DNA of 64,000 bases from Octopus vulgaris (taxonomy: Eukaryota): positions 8,990,001-9,054,000 of the forward strand of contig OX597825.1 in the NCBI GenBank assembly GCA_951406725.2. The letters are read 5' to 3'. The notes beneath the pieces were generated by a model that saw only the letters and a program-made list of their open reading frames with translations, ran no database searches and was not told the DNA's origin. This document shows positions 41,200 through 56,169 of this stretch, one piece after another. The position numbers and the translations under genes are program-made. Positions within the stretch are counted from its first letter, which is position 1. Each line of letters opens with the position of its first letter.

Positions 41200-43435
41200 C
41201 GATATGATAAATATATCCTTTCGAAGAACAAGAAAGCGGTGTCAGGTCAAAAAAATCAACTCTGAACGTATAGGCCCGTCTCCTATTGTCACCGTCAATG
41301 CCTTAATGACAAAGTAATCTCACATCGATCGGTCATCACCTGGGACCACAGCGGGGAACCAGATTGGGGTCGAAAATTCGGCTGCTGGAACAAACTCTGC
41401 AAAACACGATCTACTAGGTATCCAGATCCTGGATAATCCTAACCCTAGTCCTGTAGTGACACTACGAAAACCATCACTGAAAGCAAATGCATGTGTTGAA
41501 AGATTTCTATACAGTCCAACTAAACCCAAACATTAACCTTATAGTGCAGACTTACATTTCATGGAGAAACTTAGTAGGAAACGAAGTACGCGGATATATA
41601 GATGCAAATAAGCTAAGTAATGTACGAAGAGACATCATTAAGAATAAAAGGTTCACTGACGTGGAGTTAGCCAAATTAGGATACAAATATCTCATGGTTG
41701 ACCGAATGAAAATAGCAACAATGCAGTTGAAATAGCTAACAAATGTACAGTATCTAGTGTACGAGCAGTACATCCCAACGAGTACTGAAAGTGAAAATAG
41801 AATAGCAAGGAATGGAGATGCGGGAAAAGGGGAGAAATTAGACCTACCTCAAGAACACCTGAATAGGTATGACAGAATTTGAGGTGAATAATACAGAGAA
41901 GGTCCTAAAACAAAAGATGATATTATCAGAGAACTCAGGAAGGCTGAGTGTACTGACATCATCAAGAACGAACCTTTGGCAAAGTTGTCAAACGGCATAA
42001 AAAACAACAACATAATCAAGCAAAAATATAAAATCAAAGATCTTATAAACCTCCCTGCAACCAAGGAACAATTGAAGCAACGAATACAACTGAAAGCCCA
42101 ACGGCTTTGAAGGTATGACGAAATACATTTTATCGACAAAAGAAGATAGTCAAGACAGATGCAAAGACATTCTATAGGGAAATTGGCAAAAGTAAGATAG
42201 AGGGAAAGGAACCACCTAAGACGTAGGAAATGGAAGAGTTCTGGAAGAAGATATTGAGCAACAAAAAATAATACAATGCTAAAAGCTACCTGGACAGAGT
42301 GTGTGAAAGTGAGACTGGATGAAGTTGACGAGGAGAAATGGAAGGCAATAGGAATCGAAGAGTTAATGTGTGTTCTTAGGAATTTCTAACTTCTGGCTAA
42401 ATTGTTAGAGAGAAATACACCAAAATTTAGCTGCATTTCTGACTGATGTCATCCAAAACCCAGAGCAAATACCCGCCTAGCTTACTGATTGAACAACATA
42501 CTTTCTACCAAAAACTGAAGACACAAACAATCCAAAGAACTATCGACCGGTAACATATCTCAACACCTCCTATAAGATCCTCACGTCCATATTAACTGAC
42601 AAAATATGCGCTTTCCTTGAACAGGGATCTATCCTTCCACAAGCTCACGAAAACTGTAAAAGGAATGCTTATGGGTGCAAACTCAATTACTCATGAAGAA
42701 AATTATTGTAGGGAATTGTTGATGCAAAAGAAGAACCTGAGATCGGCATGGATAGATGAAAGGCAAGCATTTGATAGGATCCCAGATAATTGAATACTCA
42801 AGGCTCTTGAACTATATAAGATCCCTCCTGTTATCTTTAAATTCTTACAAGATAGCATGACCAAGTGGAACACACGTCTTCTTCTAAACCCTCCTAATAT
42901 GTTGAGCCAAACTAACAACTTCAACATCAAACGAGGCATCTTTCAAGGTGACTCCTTCTTCCTATTACTCGTTTGCATGGCACTGATACCACTCTTAAAC
43001 GAACTGAATAACACCAGGTGTGGGTTCAAAGTTTACAATAAGACAATAAACCATTTGTTTATATATGGACCATCTGGAATTGTTTGACAAAAATGACGAA
43101 GAGCTAGTAGGGCTGCTAACATCAGCAATGCCATCGGGAAGGACTTTGACCTTGATAAGTGTGCTAAAGCAACTTTTGTAAGAGGCAAACGCAAACAAAC
43201 AGCTTCCATTAAGTTGGATACCGACACCACCATCAAGGAGTTTGATTCACAAGAAAGCTGTAAATACCTGGGGATAAACGAAGGAAATGGTATAAAGGAT
43301 AAAGTAAGAACAGAATATTACAGGAGAATAAGATGCATAGTAAAAAGTGAAATCAAATCTAAAAATCGCATCGAAACCATTGAGAACATGGCACCTCCAG
43401 TGGTCCAATACAGTTTTAAGAACTTTCAGCAATGA
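41200..43435 (+). mobile_element. Decayed R4/Dong-clade non-LTR retrotransposon (N-terminal region + RT), many stops and frameshifts
   Basis: PKNYRPVTYLNTSYKILTSIL, KKNLRSAWID, AFDRIP, IKRGIFQGDS, INHLFI, LDKCAKATF, KYLGINEG. Confidence 0.9.
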
Positions 43436-44382
43436 ATTTATTTTCAAACAAAATGGCTATATCTACAGAAAGACTCTAGCAACAACTAGTTGCAATGGTA
43501 ATATACCTGAGAATGGATCTTCCTCGGTTAGTGAAGCTTGACAGGGTGTGTCGCGAACTAAAGAGCGTAAAATAACCTCAAGACGTTTTGGGGACAACTA
43601 TGGTAGTGATGTGCTCATCATATAGCCAGAGGTCATGTGATCGGAGAGGATTGACGCAGGTAGCAAACAGATCTGTTCAGGTGATAAGTGGGAAAATTAA
43701 ATACTGTTCTGATTCAAAAAATAGAATAACTAATTGCATTTTCAATGCTAGGTATAATCGTTTGTATTAATGGCGTGCGCATGCGTGGGAATACGTAGCA
43801 GTAGCAGCAGCTCACACAAATACACGTATATACATGTTCCTTCAGGTATATATAAATGGAGACACATATGCATTCACACTCAAGTTTGTGTGTATTGGGA
43901 CGTCGATATATTTTCTTTGATTCCTCATTAAATTCATGTCCTTCTTTTGTACAATACCCTCTCATGTATAGAGGCATTTTTATTCCATTCTTAAATCGCC
44001 TTTATTCTCTTAACATCACTTTAGCACAATGTCTTACACACATCTTTCCAAGCAATTTACGCAGTTATAGCCGTCATTTATTACTTTCAAATATTGATAT
44101 ATCGGTGATGGCTGATTTGTAAGTACGCTTTGAGAGATTCATATTATTTTCTTAAAGATATTTTATTTCACATATATTGGTTCGTCATTTTTGTTTCATT
44201 GCTCGAATTCATGTGTAAATTTTCTACATTTCTTTGTATTACACATTCGCTTTACAACGAGAGATTTCCCTGCATCCCTTTACGACTTTGACACTGCCTC
44301 GTACATATAATTAATTATTTGTATATGTATAAGTGTGAGTATGTACGTAATATATATACATATACGTATGTCTATAACATGT

Positions 44383-44429
<47 letters not shown>

Positions 44430-44475
44430 CATAACTACATACATGCATACATACATATATATATATATGTATTTA

Positions 44476-44531
<56 letters not shown>

Positions 44532-44668
44532 ACGTACGTATATATGTACGTATATGCAGAAAGATAAAGTGTGTTTGTATGTATATTTTGCATAAATAAA
44601 TACATAAATACATGCATATAATGTGTGTGTATCTGAGTGTGTGTTTGCGCATACGTATAAATAAATAA

Positions 44669-44740
<72 letters not shown>

Positions 44741-45111
44741 TAATACTATAATACTTTGATATATAACACTGACGTATTGAAGAGAATTTTGAAAGAAGCA
44801 GAGCGACTATATGTTAGAAAAGATACTAATGTGAAAATACTGACCATTTTCAACAATTAAGTATTTTATAGAAATTCCGGTAGGGATATGAAATTTAATA
44901 ATGTAGATTATAACCAATGATAATTGGCTGTGACCTGACTCCTAATATATTGATTCGTGTAGAGGCACCAAGACACAGGTTTTCGTTGAACATCTTTTAT
45001 ATAGAAACATAGTTTTACAGAATATTTGCATAACAAAGAGTGATTTCCACTCAGCTCTAAGACAGTGCGTCTGTATGTATTCAACAACGTATCATCTCGG
45101 ATCGTATTATT

Positions 45112-45418
45112 CAGTAGTGCTCAACTGGGCTATATATGATCCCTGTGAGTGCATATGAGATTTTATGGGGTCCACGCAAAATGGCAAATGGGGACACACA
45201 GTAGTATAGTCTTTACTTGTTTCAATCATGTAACTGTGGCCATGCCGGAGCAACGCCTTTAGTCGAGCAAATCGACTCCATTAGATATTCTTTGTAAGAC
45301 TACTACTTATTCTATCGGTGTCTTTTGCCGAACCAGTAAGTGACGGGGACGATAAAAACACCAGCATCGGTTGTGAAGCGATGTTGGGGGGATAAAAGCA
45401 GACACACAAACACATACA

Positions 45419-45468
<50 letters not shown>

Positions 45469-45785
45469 CGACCGGCTTCCTTCAGTTTCCGGCAACCAAA
45501 TCCACTCACAAGGCTTTGGTCGGCCCGAAGCAATAGCAGAAGGCACCTGCCCATGAATAAATTTTATTTTAGATGTGTTTATTGGAAGAACCAGCTCAGT
45601 TTCTTTCTCTCACGTGTTACATAGTTCAACCTACAAAAGCTAACGTTTGAAAAACAAGACAGGAATTTTGAAAGAACTGTCTAAAATGTAGTTTTCAAAC
45701 ATCGGGAGGCTGTGGGGGTTCGCTAGATTAAAATAGTAATCAAAGGAGTCTGTAGGTAAAAGAAAAAAATGGTTGAGAACCACTT
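45112..45785. mobile_element. hAT/Charlie-like MITE containing a nested SINE
   Basis: Termini CAGTAGTGCTCAAC / GGTTGAGAACCACT resemble Charlie-type CAGTGGTTCTCAAC TIRs. No clear 8-bp TSD. Confidence 0.55.
45211..45553 (-). mobile_element. SINE family A, 5'-truncated
   Basis: Matches the family A body and tail; tRNA head absent. Confidence 0.88.
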
Positions 45786-47289
45786 GTTTAACTAAACAAA
45801 GACAATCGAATTCTAACTATTTCTATAAATTCTGCTGCTTCTATTACAATCGTAAATCTAATGATCCATTGATAAGGCCTTTGGAAACTTATAAGCGACG
45901 GCACGAATTCTTACAAATATTGATAGAGAAGAATTAAATCAATTCATCAGATTGATTACAAACAGTTTACGTGTATTGTTATCTAATTATTAAACTATCT
46001 CAACTCTCAAGACTTTGTTCGTTGCATAGTATTTTCATCACGCGAATAAATCGACTGTTTTGTTAAGTTTAACTCTTTCCATTTGAAATATATTAAAGAT
46101 TACATAAAACAATTTTTTTTACTAAGTGTATGAGCTACTAAGGAAATCGCCGTTTCTAAATTCAATTTATCTGTTTGTAAAATGAATAATTACTGGATAG
46201 AAAATTCGATTCATGAAAACAACTTCTTTGCAACGAATTCATTTCACTATTAAATTCAAAAGAGGTAGAATCATGAGTTACATTCACAAAATAATCAAAT
46301 CATATAATTTTGAAATTAAGTTTAGTTAATTACTGAAAGATTTAAACCTTTCAAATTTGTAAACATATTTCATTATATATAATCACACACACACACACAC
46401 AGACAACCACACACATATACACACGCACTCACACATTTATACATGCACAGGGAATGATAAAAAAAGTATGTGTATAACAACGACATAATTCATTTGGCCG
46501 TACGGATTAACAATTAATTTAAATAACAATATTCTTATCATAGGATATAAAGAAATATTTTGAAATTTGGCCTGAAAGCTTTGGCAATTTTCTGTTTGTT
46601 TTAGCTCGTACTGAATAACTGCAATTAAATTCATTGTTAGCATTGTTGAAAAATAATGCTTCTCATTAATATCGAAACATCATTTATTATATAAAACTAA
46701 CAAAACAATATAAAAATACATAAATCAAATATATAGGCAAACAACAACAACAAAATAATAAAATTAGATTTTATGAGTTTCAACACAATGCAGCATCAGA
46801 ATGATATTATTTCATGTTTCAATTTGCGATAGATTGAAACATGAATCTCAATATTTGATAAATAATATATAAACAGAAATCCCATTTAAAATTGGGTAAT
46901 GTCTATTGTTCGACATACATTAATTTTTTCTGAATAAATCACGTTATTAAAAAAACATATTGGCAGAGATAACCTCTGATACACACACACCTACATACAA
47001 GCATAAAAGTACATGAAATTATTTTCCTATTTATATTCACGCACACAGCACGCAGATAAGCAGACCTATACCTGCATATATATAGGCATTTGTATGTTGA
47101 TTGCCTTGACAATATATTGCGCAGATTTTTCTCTCGTTCGACAATACTGACGTTTATATATATGCCTGTATGCGCATATGCTCACATATACGCATTGTTA
47201 AAAATGGAAAAATATTGACTGGTGTTTTCTCAAGAATCTCTGAGTTTGTAAATCCCCATTTCGTTCGACTTTCTGTACGGATGGAGTCT

Positions 47290-48690
47290 ATATCTACTCT
47301 AGCTAGCTCCACGCAGTCTTCTACTAGTATTAACCCCTTTCCGCCTTCCTTTCAAGGTAAGAATAATCTTACTACTCCTGCACATGGTTGGAGGCGTCTA
47401 TTCATACTGAATCGCTTCCTAGTTCTTCTATCTAGCTTTGTTAGTTCAGTGTTTTTATCTAGTCTACAAACGCTGCTGAGTATCTAAGTAATGATACTGC
47501 CTGAGTAATTACAGCCTTCACTATATTCGGGCCACTTAACTTTGACTTCATTAACTTACTCACCCTTCTGGTGAAATCCTTCACAAGTTTTGTTTTTATT
47601 TCTATAGGTTGTTAGATTCTAATACAACTTGATACATATAACTTCCTCTCCTTTCAATGATTTTAATGCCTGGCCATCTGGTACGCGGATGCCTTCGCTG
47701 TTGACTACTTCTTCCCTTCTCACAATTAATATTGCACATTTATCTATGCCATATTCCATTCCTATATCTTTGTTGAAGAGTCTTAAAATCTGTATTAGGG
47801 AATTTATCTCTTTTCGTTCATCGAATCATCCATGTAAAGCGAATGGTTAATTTTTCCCCTACTATTTCTGAACTGATACCCTGCCTTTGCCTTCTTCAAT
47901 ACTTAACTGAGGAGGATCAAAAACAAGACAAACATTAAAGGGTCAACGAGTCCTCTTTAGATGTTAATATAACCTAAAAGTGTGTGACCTAAGTAGAAAT
48001 CTACTCTCTACTTCTTCGTGCTAAAGTTGATTAATTCTCTTATGTTGTCTGCTATACTGAACATACTCAAATATTCACTTATTCATGAGTATGCGATCAT
48101 ATCATTGGCTTTCCTATAATCTATCCATGCTATTGTTAGATTTTTCTTTGTAGCTTTTATTTGATTCAGAACAGTTTTGCTATGTTTAATAAATCATGCG
48201 CTCCTCTATCATTCTTGCTGAAACCTTTCTCTTCTACTGGCAGCAAACTTTGGTCGCCAAGGTACTCGTAAATGCTTTTTAAAAGCACTCCTGTTAACCA
48301 CTTCCACACTAATGGTAAGCAAGTGACTGGAATATTGTTGCTAGTTGTATTACCATTGCTCTTATCCTTCATAAAACATATTGTCCTCCTTTAGTCATAC
48401 AATCTGGTATTATTCCTCCATTAAGGCAAACCTGAAGTTCTTCCCTTAGCCTCCATGTAAACTACTGAATAGCAAGGTTTCCATAATTTGGGCTAGCTAT
48501 CTCATTAAGATCCTGAGTTCAATACGCACACAATCTTCCACACTTATCAGTTCCTTTCCTCCATTTGCTCTCTTCATGCATAGGCGATCAGTGTCTGCCC
48601 GTACGTGGAAGATGGGATCCAGGCATCGTTAGAAGCTTTTTGACTTCCTGTCCATCTCATTTAGCTCCTCCTCTGTCCACTTCAGCCAGA
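47290..48690 (-). mobile_element. Decayed R4/Dong-clade RT fragments
   Basis: NIPVTCLPLVWKWLTG..LLPVEEKG..RGAHDLL and NLTIAWIDYRKA; the motif RLFLP*KEGGKGLILVEDCV at ~47350 has a second version, DRLCMKRANGGKELISVEDCV, at ~48550. Confidence 0.88.
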
Positions 48691-48704
48691 GGAGGAGGAA
48701 AGAT

Positions 48705-49513
48705 ACTAAAGCACGCACACTAAGGCTGCTTTGCACGCATGAACTCCGTTGGGCATGCACTTTAAGTGTTAACATTCTAGCTCACATCTACTATTTACAG
48801 CAGTGCTTGGAAGGAAAGTGTGTAGCGTGTGATCGTCGCATTGACCAATACAGGGAAAGTTTTCAGTGTAATACCTCCTCAGAAGCCTACCCAAAGTTGA
48901 AGAGAGTGTATGGAGAGGTGTATGCGAGCCTCCAGCAAGTGTACGAGTTCTTTAGACGTTTCCAAGATGGCCGATAAAATGTTGATACTATGTGGGAGAC
49001 CCACAGCCAGCGGAACTGAGAAAAACATCGGAGATGTGTTTGCAGCTGTGAGGGGAAATCGCAACATCACTATCCGCGAGTTATCAGAGGATGTGCAGTT
49101 TCGTTACGGTTCGGTTCAGTCCATTGGGTATGAGACATAGGTCTGCCGAAACCACTTTCAGCTGACCAAAAGGACACTCGGGCAGTTGCATGAGATCTCC
49201 TTGATTGCGTCGAGACCGATGGAAATGATTTGAAAACATTGTGTAGTCTTCTGAGCAGATATGACCAAGCTTTTGGTAAAATTCGATGCAGATTCTCTGC
49301 TAACATTTCTCTGACATACTCAATGCGACGACCACACGCTACACACTTTCATTTCAAGCAGTGCTGTAAACAGCAAAAGTGAACTGGAATGTTGAAGCTT
49401 AGTTGGAAAACACAGCAGAGTCCAAGGTCAATCTGTGCCAAGCGGCTTCACTATGCAGACGTTAGCTTCATTACTATAGCAACAGTCCGGATACTTATTG
49501 ATCAGACCACGTA
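48705..49513. mobile_element. Second fold-back mariner derivative, same family as 21485-22300, left terminus eroded
   Basis: Interior GRPTASGTEKNIGDVFAAVRGNRNITIRELSEDVQFRYGSVQSI (mariner HTH). Right end GTCCGGATACTTATTGATCAGACC; inverted arms share GTGTGTAGCGTGTG..CGTCGCATTGA. Confidence 0.88.
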
Positions 49514-50669
49514 TGTATGTATGTAAGTATATATGTATGTATTCATGAATGCTTGCCTGCGCCGGAAGGTAGAAATACTCGAGTTTGTGTCAGAGGGAAC
49601 AAGGAATGAGAGAAACCTCATTTATGTCAAGGCATACTTGTACGAGGATGCTATCTCGCATATAAAAGCTGTGGCTCTCCTCAACCGGATAATTTGCAAT
49701 TTAGTTGTTTGTGGTCTACTCAGTACTGCTAGTGAGAGCTGTTACGATCTCATACGTGCCGCACTCGATCTTAAACTTTGCACAGGCATTGCTAACGTTC
49801 CTGTCAGTGATGGTCATCGTTGGCTAACGAGTAGAAGCTCATCATATATATATATGTAAGTACATACATAAGTATGCATATGTATCATCATAGCCATCAC
49901 GTGAAAGTGAATTAGACTTGGGTGCATGTGCGGTGCATTTGCTAACTGATTTGGGAGCATACACTAACTTTCTGAGTCTGCGTGTGTGTGTGTGTTCATT
50001 TAGTGTGTGGATTTAGTGGAGAGAGAAAGAGAGACAAACATACAGAGTCAGTCAGACAGACAGAGTCAGTCAGACAGACAGACAGAGAATTAGAGAGAGT
50101 GGAATGCGATTCCATCGACACAGGATGTTGTTTTTCAGTTATGTACAAATCCTCTCATATCTGATTTTTGATGGAATTCTTTACTGATACGACCTTCCAT
50201 CCAGGCCTTATTCTTTCTGGCAGAATTTCATCTATAGCATATTGTAATGTCTGTTATTCTCGCGATACACAATTTCGTAAAAAAATATTTCCCATTTGGC
50301 ATTTCCCTTCTGCTTTCATATCTACTAGTTATGTATTCCTTTGTTTGGTAAGATATTCTTTGTTGCTATCAGTGGTATTAGTCTAATATCTAAACTTACC
50401 AAACATATTTTTTATGAAACGTTTTCCATTCATGTTTTTATCTTCCCTTCTACTTGGCCCAAATATCAAATATCGCCTACCATAGTATACAGAGCTTTGT
50501 AGGAGTTTAAAAACATTCTTCCTATTTCCGGAAGAGGGAAACATTACAGAGGATCACTCGCTAGCCCCGTCCTGTATATTTTTAATATTTGTTTATCAAA
50601 TAACGTATAGAATGCTTGAAATATGTTTATATATTCTCTTGGACTACAGATCTATAATATATTGATGAT

Positions 50670-51089
50670 GCGCAGGAGTGGCTAGGCGCAGGAGTGGCTG
50701 TGTGGTAAGTAGCTTGCTTACCAACCACATGGTTCCGGGTTCAGTCCCACTGCGTGGCATCTTGGGCGAGTGTCTTCTACTATAGCCTCGGGCCAACCAA
50801 AGCCTTGTGAGTGGATTTGGTTGACGGAAACTGAAAGAAGCCCGTCGTATATATGTATATATATATGTGTGTGTGTATGTCTGTGTGTCTGTGTTTGTCC
50901 CCCTAGCATTGTTTGACAACTGATGCTGGTGTGTTTACGTCCCCGTCACCAAGCGGTTGGGCAAAAGAGACCGATAAAATAAGTACTGGGCTTACAAAGA
51001 ATAAGTCCTGGGGTCGAGTTGCTCGACTAAAGGCGGTGCTCCAGCATGGCCGCAGTCAAATGGCTGAAACAAGTAAAAGAGTAAAAGAG
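50670..51089 (+). mobile_element. SINE family A, full length, with duplicated 5' end
   Basis: GCGCAGGAGTGGCT occurs twice at the head; B box GGTTCAGTCCC; imperfect TSD TATAATATA(T)TGAT. Confidence 0.95.
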
Positions 51090-52701
51090 TATAATATATG
51101 ATATTTTCATCTCCACATGAGTAAGCAGCATTAACTCACTTTGGATATCAGCAATTCGCTTTCAGTTGGATAATATTTCACGTATGAATACTAACGTTCT
51201 ATACTAATGAACATTCAGAATGTAATAGAACTATATCGTCTGCTAGCTGAAAATATTGCCATGAGTATAATACAGCACTCAATGCGAGCTGAAAACATGT
51301 ATAGCAATTTATATGACAATAATTTGATGTTTCGTTCGGTAAGTACTCTCAGCTCTTGGCCTACTTGAAAAAAATACGAGATGTACGGAAGATCATGTAC
51401 TAAAGATATCGTCTACGTTCCTCGCATATATATATAAATATATACACTCACACACATACACAAGTATAAAGATGTGTGTATATATATATGTGTGTGTATG
51501 TGTGTATGAATATGTGTAAGCATATATACACACATATACACACAGGTATTATGAACATTTTCTGATTTGGAAATATTAGTGAACATATATCCTCCATTTT
51601 AACAGATTGATATTTATTTTATCACTTTTACATTTTGCAGAAACCCAGATAAAGACGCTTAGTGCTCGTTAATGTCACTAGTCATATTACAATGACAGCT
51701 TGGAGGAGTTGAGATAGAAGGTGTGTAGTTTAATAAATTCTCTAAACTAGAAATCTAAAAATATATCCTTGGCAAAATAATTTAACACTATTTTTTTTAT
51801 ATTCTATCGGGATTCTTTGAAGTTGTGCACTTTTTCGTAGGAGATTTCTAGCGATAATGAATTATCATTTTAATTAACGACTGTCGAATAAAAGTTCATA
51901 TGTTGTTTACCCTGTAGTATTAACAAATTTCCAGGTCTTTGCATTTTGAACGTTTCACTATTTCTTTTACTGGTATTGATACATCAAATAGAAAGCATTT
52001 TTTCTCTCTAGAATAAGTAACACGATTGATTGTGTTCTCCTAGTTCTTATTTAAACTGCACTAATTTTATATTATTTGCTTCATTATAATATGTTGGTAG
52101 TTTCTGGTGTGGAAAGCCCACGTCATTGTGCTATAACAAAACAATCCTTCAGTCTAAACATTGCGCTTTATGCTTCTTACACGATGTATGACGCTTTCAT
52201 TATTTACTATTCCACCGATCAGTCTTGACGAGAATAGGGAACGTAAGGATTTTTTTAAATCTTTTTTCTCTCCTTTTATTATATGCTGTATTTTCATTTT
52301 CAGGTTAGTTTTCGAGTTACTTTTCCATTCCCTTTACAGCATCCGATTACCCATTTGCCTCTTGCTTCTAGTTGTTGGATTCTTTCGAGAGAGGAAACCA
52401 GCTGGTTGGTCTGGAATGGAACTGTAAATTGTTTGTAGTTATTTGTGTTAGTTTAGCTTAATTATTTATAACCTAATTTTTGCATTGTTGCGTTCAATAT
52501 TCAACAAAAAAGTTCTAGTTTCAGAATGAGTACTCTTCGTTGCATTCGATGTATATGTATGTACGTATGTATGTACGTATGTACGTATGTATGTATGTAT
52601 GTATGTATGTATGTATGTATGTATGTATGTATGTATGTATGTATGTATGTATGTATGTCTGTATGTATGTATGTATATATAATATATATTTAAATACACA
52701 A

Positions 52702-52754
<53 letters not shown>

Positions 52755-52763
52755 TATATATAG

Positions 52764-52812
<49 letters not shown>

Positions 52813-53169
52813 TATGCATGTATAGGGTTATGCCATATATATGTGTGTATGTATATGTATATATGTATGTATTAATGTGTGTGAATTTGTGTGCGCGTGC
52901 TAGTATGTGTGTGTCTGTATGCTGGATATCGTTCGAGGCTTATGCACGATGTAATTATTCCCCTTGTTTTCCTGACTACTTTCCATAATTCATTTAGCTC
53001 TACTTCAAATTACTCTAATTATAATTCATTACTAGAAGAATTACAGACATTTTTCCATTATCGCATTCCTGCATTTAGCTGTGTCTGTTTCATCGTTTGT
53101 AATAATCCTACCTATACATATTATTTCATTTGTGTGTTTTCTACACTGTCTGGTTCATTAATTCCTAAG

Positions 53170-54060
53170 TATTTTGCAAGTTTCGTCTTGATCTAATTGT
53201 CTTATTTCTCTGCGTTTGCGTAGCATGATAGCGATGTTATTTATAAGTTTAAATCTATTGAAACTGACTTGGTGCATGTTCCTAAACTGAATTTCTTACG
53301 TTGAATATTTGAATTTTCTGTCGCAAGGTTCATATGTGTTTATCATCAGACGCATACAACCCCAGGTTATCGATATACAAAGGGTGGTTGATACTCTTCC
53401 ATAGAATGTTAATCATAACACAGTTTATTTCTGTTATGTTTCGGAATAAAGCTCTGATAGCCAGAGTATAGAGACAAGAAATGCTCCTGGTATATGCCTC
53501 CCACAAAGGGGAAGGGTTCGGGCTCATAATCCGCATTTGATTTTCATTGCTCAATATTTTTTGGCATATTCCTAAATTGTTTGATGTTCTCTTATAATGG
53601 TGGTGCTACCACTATTACAACTACAGTCTGGTATAACGTGAAAAACTTTCTTGTAATCAAATAAGGCAATATTGATCACTTGTAATCTTTGTACATACTA
53701 AGATTACGTCTTGGTCGATCAATATCTGACGTTGCAGTCATACGATTAATACTCATTCTCTACGATATTATTACAAGTAAAACTCCGCAAGCCTTACAAA
53801 TGGAAATTACTTCCCGGTAGATACGACACTTTGTGGTTTCTTTATTCTTCGTTGATAACATTCTTTTTTTCCTTCGATAAGCTTTTGGCATCTTGTTTCA
53901 GACTCTTAGACCGCTGACAATTCTCCAGAATAATCTCTGTGTCTGGACGATCTTTGAAAGACTGACCCAGACTTTAAGAAACACCAGTGTCTTCAATCTG
54001 GTCTCTTCCTTCAAGCGTCTAATTTAATGTTTCTATTGGAAAAGATTTTCACAATTAAGA
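53170..54060 (-). mobile_element. Very decayed R4/Dong-like RT remnant
   Basis: INHPLYIDNLGLYASDD (INHLLYMDDLKLYA-like), QILIDQ, LKQDAK. Confidence 0.6.
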
Positions 54061-54841
54061 CTGCCTCGTATAATTGATTTTATCCTGGAGATAAATTCAC
54101 GTGTTTTTGTTAGAATCGAAAATGGTTAGTTTATTTTATTTCTATACTAGTATTCTTGATAAAACCTTGGGAAGCATTTTTATTTGTTCCGTCCGTCGAG
54201 TTTTAAGTCATATTTTCTATCTATTTTCTCCTTAATATTATTGTCATACTCATAATCTTTATTTTGGGAGACTCGATTCTTGAATTCTTCCATATACGTC
54301 CTTTTATACATTTTTCCTTTGTGCAATTTCAGCATGACCATTTTTAACCATTATTCTATAGATCTACTCGAGATTGCTTTGGTGCTCTTACCATTAATGA
54401 TGTTTGTTTTGCAATGTGCCTCGTACATCTCCTTGGTTTATATTCGCAACGATTTTATTCTTGTCACTTGCATTTTTATTCGCTATATTATATTTTCTTT
54501 TTCTTTGAGTTTTATACTTGTATTTATTCATTTATTTGTTTTGCTTTATTGCGATTTGTATTTTCGTTCCGTATTCTTCCGCCGAAATATTCTATTTCCA
54601 TACATTTTCGGTTTCAGAATATGATTTCTCAAAGTAGCTAAACAGTTTAGATCTAAAGACGCATTTAGATTAGGTTTTCCTTTTTCTATGCTATTTTATC
54701 TGTACATTCTCAAAGTGTATAGTTGTAAATTAGGCCTTAGTAAAAACACACATTCCTCTCATATCATTTTATCCTTTCTTTTATTTTATTTGCGGTTATT
54801 TAGACATATGCTTTAAAAAATATTCATATCGAAATGAACTT

Positions 54842-55035
54842 AGGCAGTAGAGTGACAGACTTTGTAAAACACTGAAAAGTTACTTCCATATATTCTCCCA
54901 TGAATTCCCATCCATCCGACGTCAACACTACCTGTCACTTCCATTGGTACAATAATATTACGTACCAGTTGGCATGTGGTGAGAAGTAGCGATTAAAATG
55001 TTGCTCTCAAAATTGCTGGACTTGTGACTAAATCA
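54842..55035 (+). mobile_element. Highly decayed family C-like SINE
   Basis: Residual CCGACGTCAAC..CCTGTCACTTCC..GTACCAGTTG in the family C order. Confidence 0.35.
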
Positions 55036-55149
55036 CCAGACTTCATACTTCTTTACTTTTACGTTTACGGCTCTAAATTTTAGAGACGAGGAATTATTTA
55101 CAGTATTTACTTTATTTATATTTGACAGATATTTGTCCTCATCTTGTTT

Positions 55150-55195
55150 GTTAATACGTTTCGGATGATATACCCTCCAGCCTTCATCAGGTGTC
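55150..55195 (-). ncRNA. Minimal type I hammerhead motif in SINE tail
   Basis: Minus strand GACAC CTGATGA A GGCTG GAGGGTATAT CATCC GAAAC GTA TTAAC. Core intact, one stem II mismatch, 3' strand of stem I partly deleted relative to the 56.3-kb copy. Confidence 0.75.
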
Positions 55196-55273
55196 TTGGG
55201 GAAATTTCGAACCTGGGTTCTCATTCCTAAGGTATTTTTCGATGGTGATGTTGTGTTGTTGTTGTTGTTGTTA

Positions 55274-55346
<73 letters not shown>

Positions 55347-55349
55347 CAC

Positions 55350-55380
<31 letters not shown>

Positions 55381-55915
55381 GAGTGAGAGAGCAGTTCATG
55401 CCATCAAAGTGACACTGGGGTAAAATATACGAAGCCCAATATACCCATCATGACTACCCGTCTGATAAAGGCACACCAGGCACATGCATCACAACCATAT
55501 GTGCGCGACATGGTGATCTCACATCAAGATAAACAGCACATGACCTTGCAGGTGGGGCCCAGTTAGAATTTTCTTCAGGTTGAGTAGTCCATCCTGCTCA
55601 AAAGGTCCCTGAATAAGGGTTGCTTTAGGATGTTGAACGAAACACCTATGTTTCCAGAGGTGAATTATTCAAACCCCAAAGAATCCCTCTCAACACATGG
55701 CCATGATGCTCCCCCACTACTTCTGCTCGTGATCAGAAATGCACATATCGTCAGCCACTAAGGGACATGCTCAACTGGTTAAGGCCAAACAACTGACAAG
55801 CAAATCTGTGGTATTGAGCAGAATATTTGCTGTAGCCCATCTTTTATACCAAGACAAAACAATGTACATGATAACACTTCCAATCAGTTAAGATCAGAAG
55901 CCATGAGAGCCACTG
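55381..55915. mobile_element. 535-bp non-coding element inserted in a (TTA)n tract
   Basis: Complex sequence with sharp boundaries and pure TTA repeats on both sides. I recall similar sequence as an octopus repeat (unverified). Confidence 0.65.
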
Positions 55916-55971
<56 letters not shown>

Positions 55972-55980
55972 CATCATCAC

Positions 55981-56019
<39 letters not shown>

Positions 56020-56028
56020 CATCATCAC

Positions 56029-56076
<48 letters not shown>

Positions 56077-56085
56077 CATCATCAC

Positions 56086-56160
<75 letters not shown>

Positions 56161-56169
56161 CATCATCAC

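Noticed and set aside
49533-49859. 108-aa complex ORF as a host exon
   Set aside because: No recognisable domain, no clear splice signals, and it begins and ends in microsatellite.
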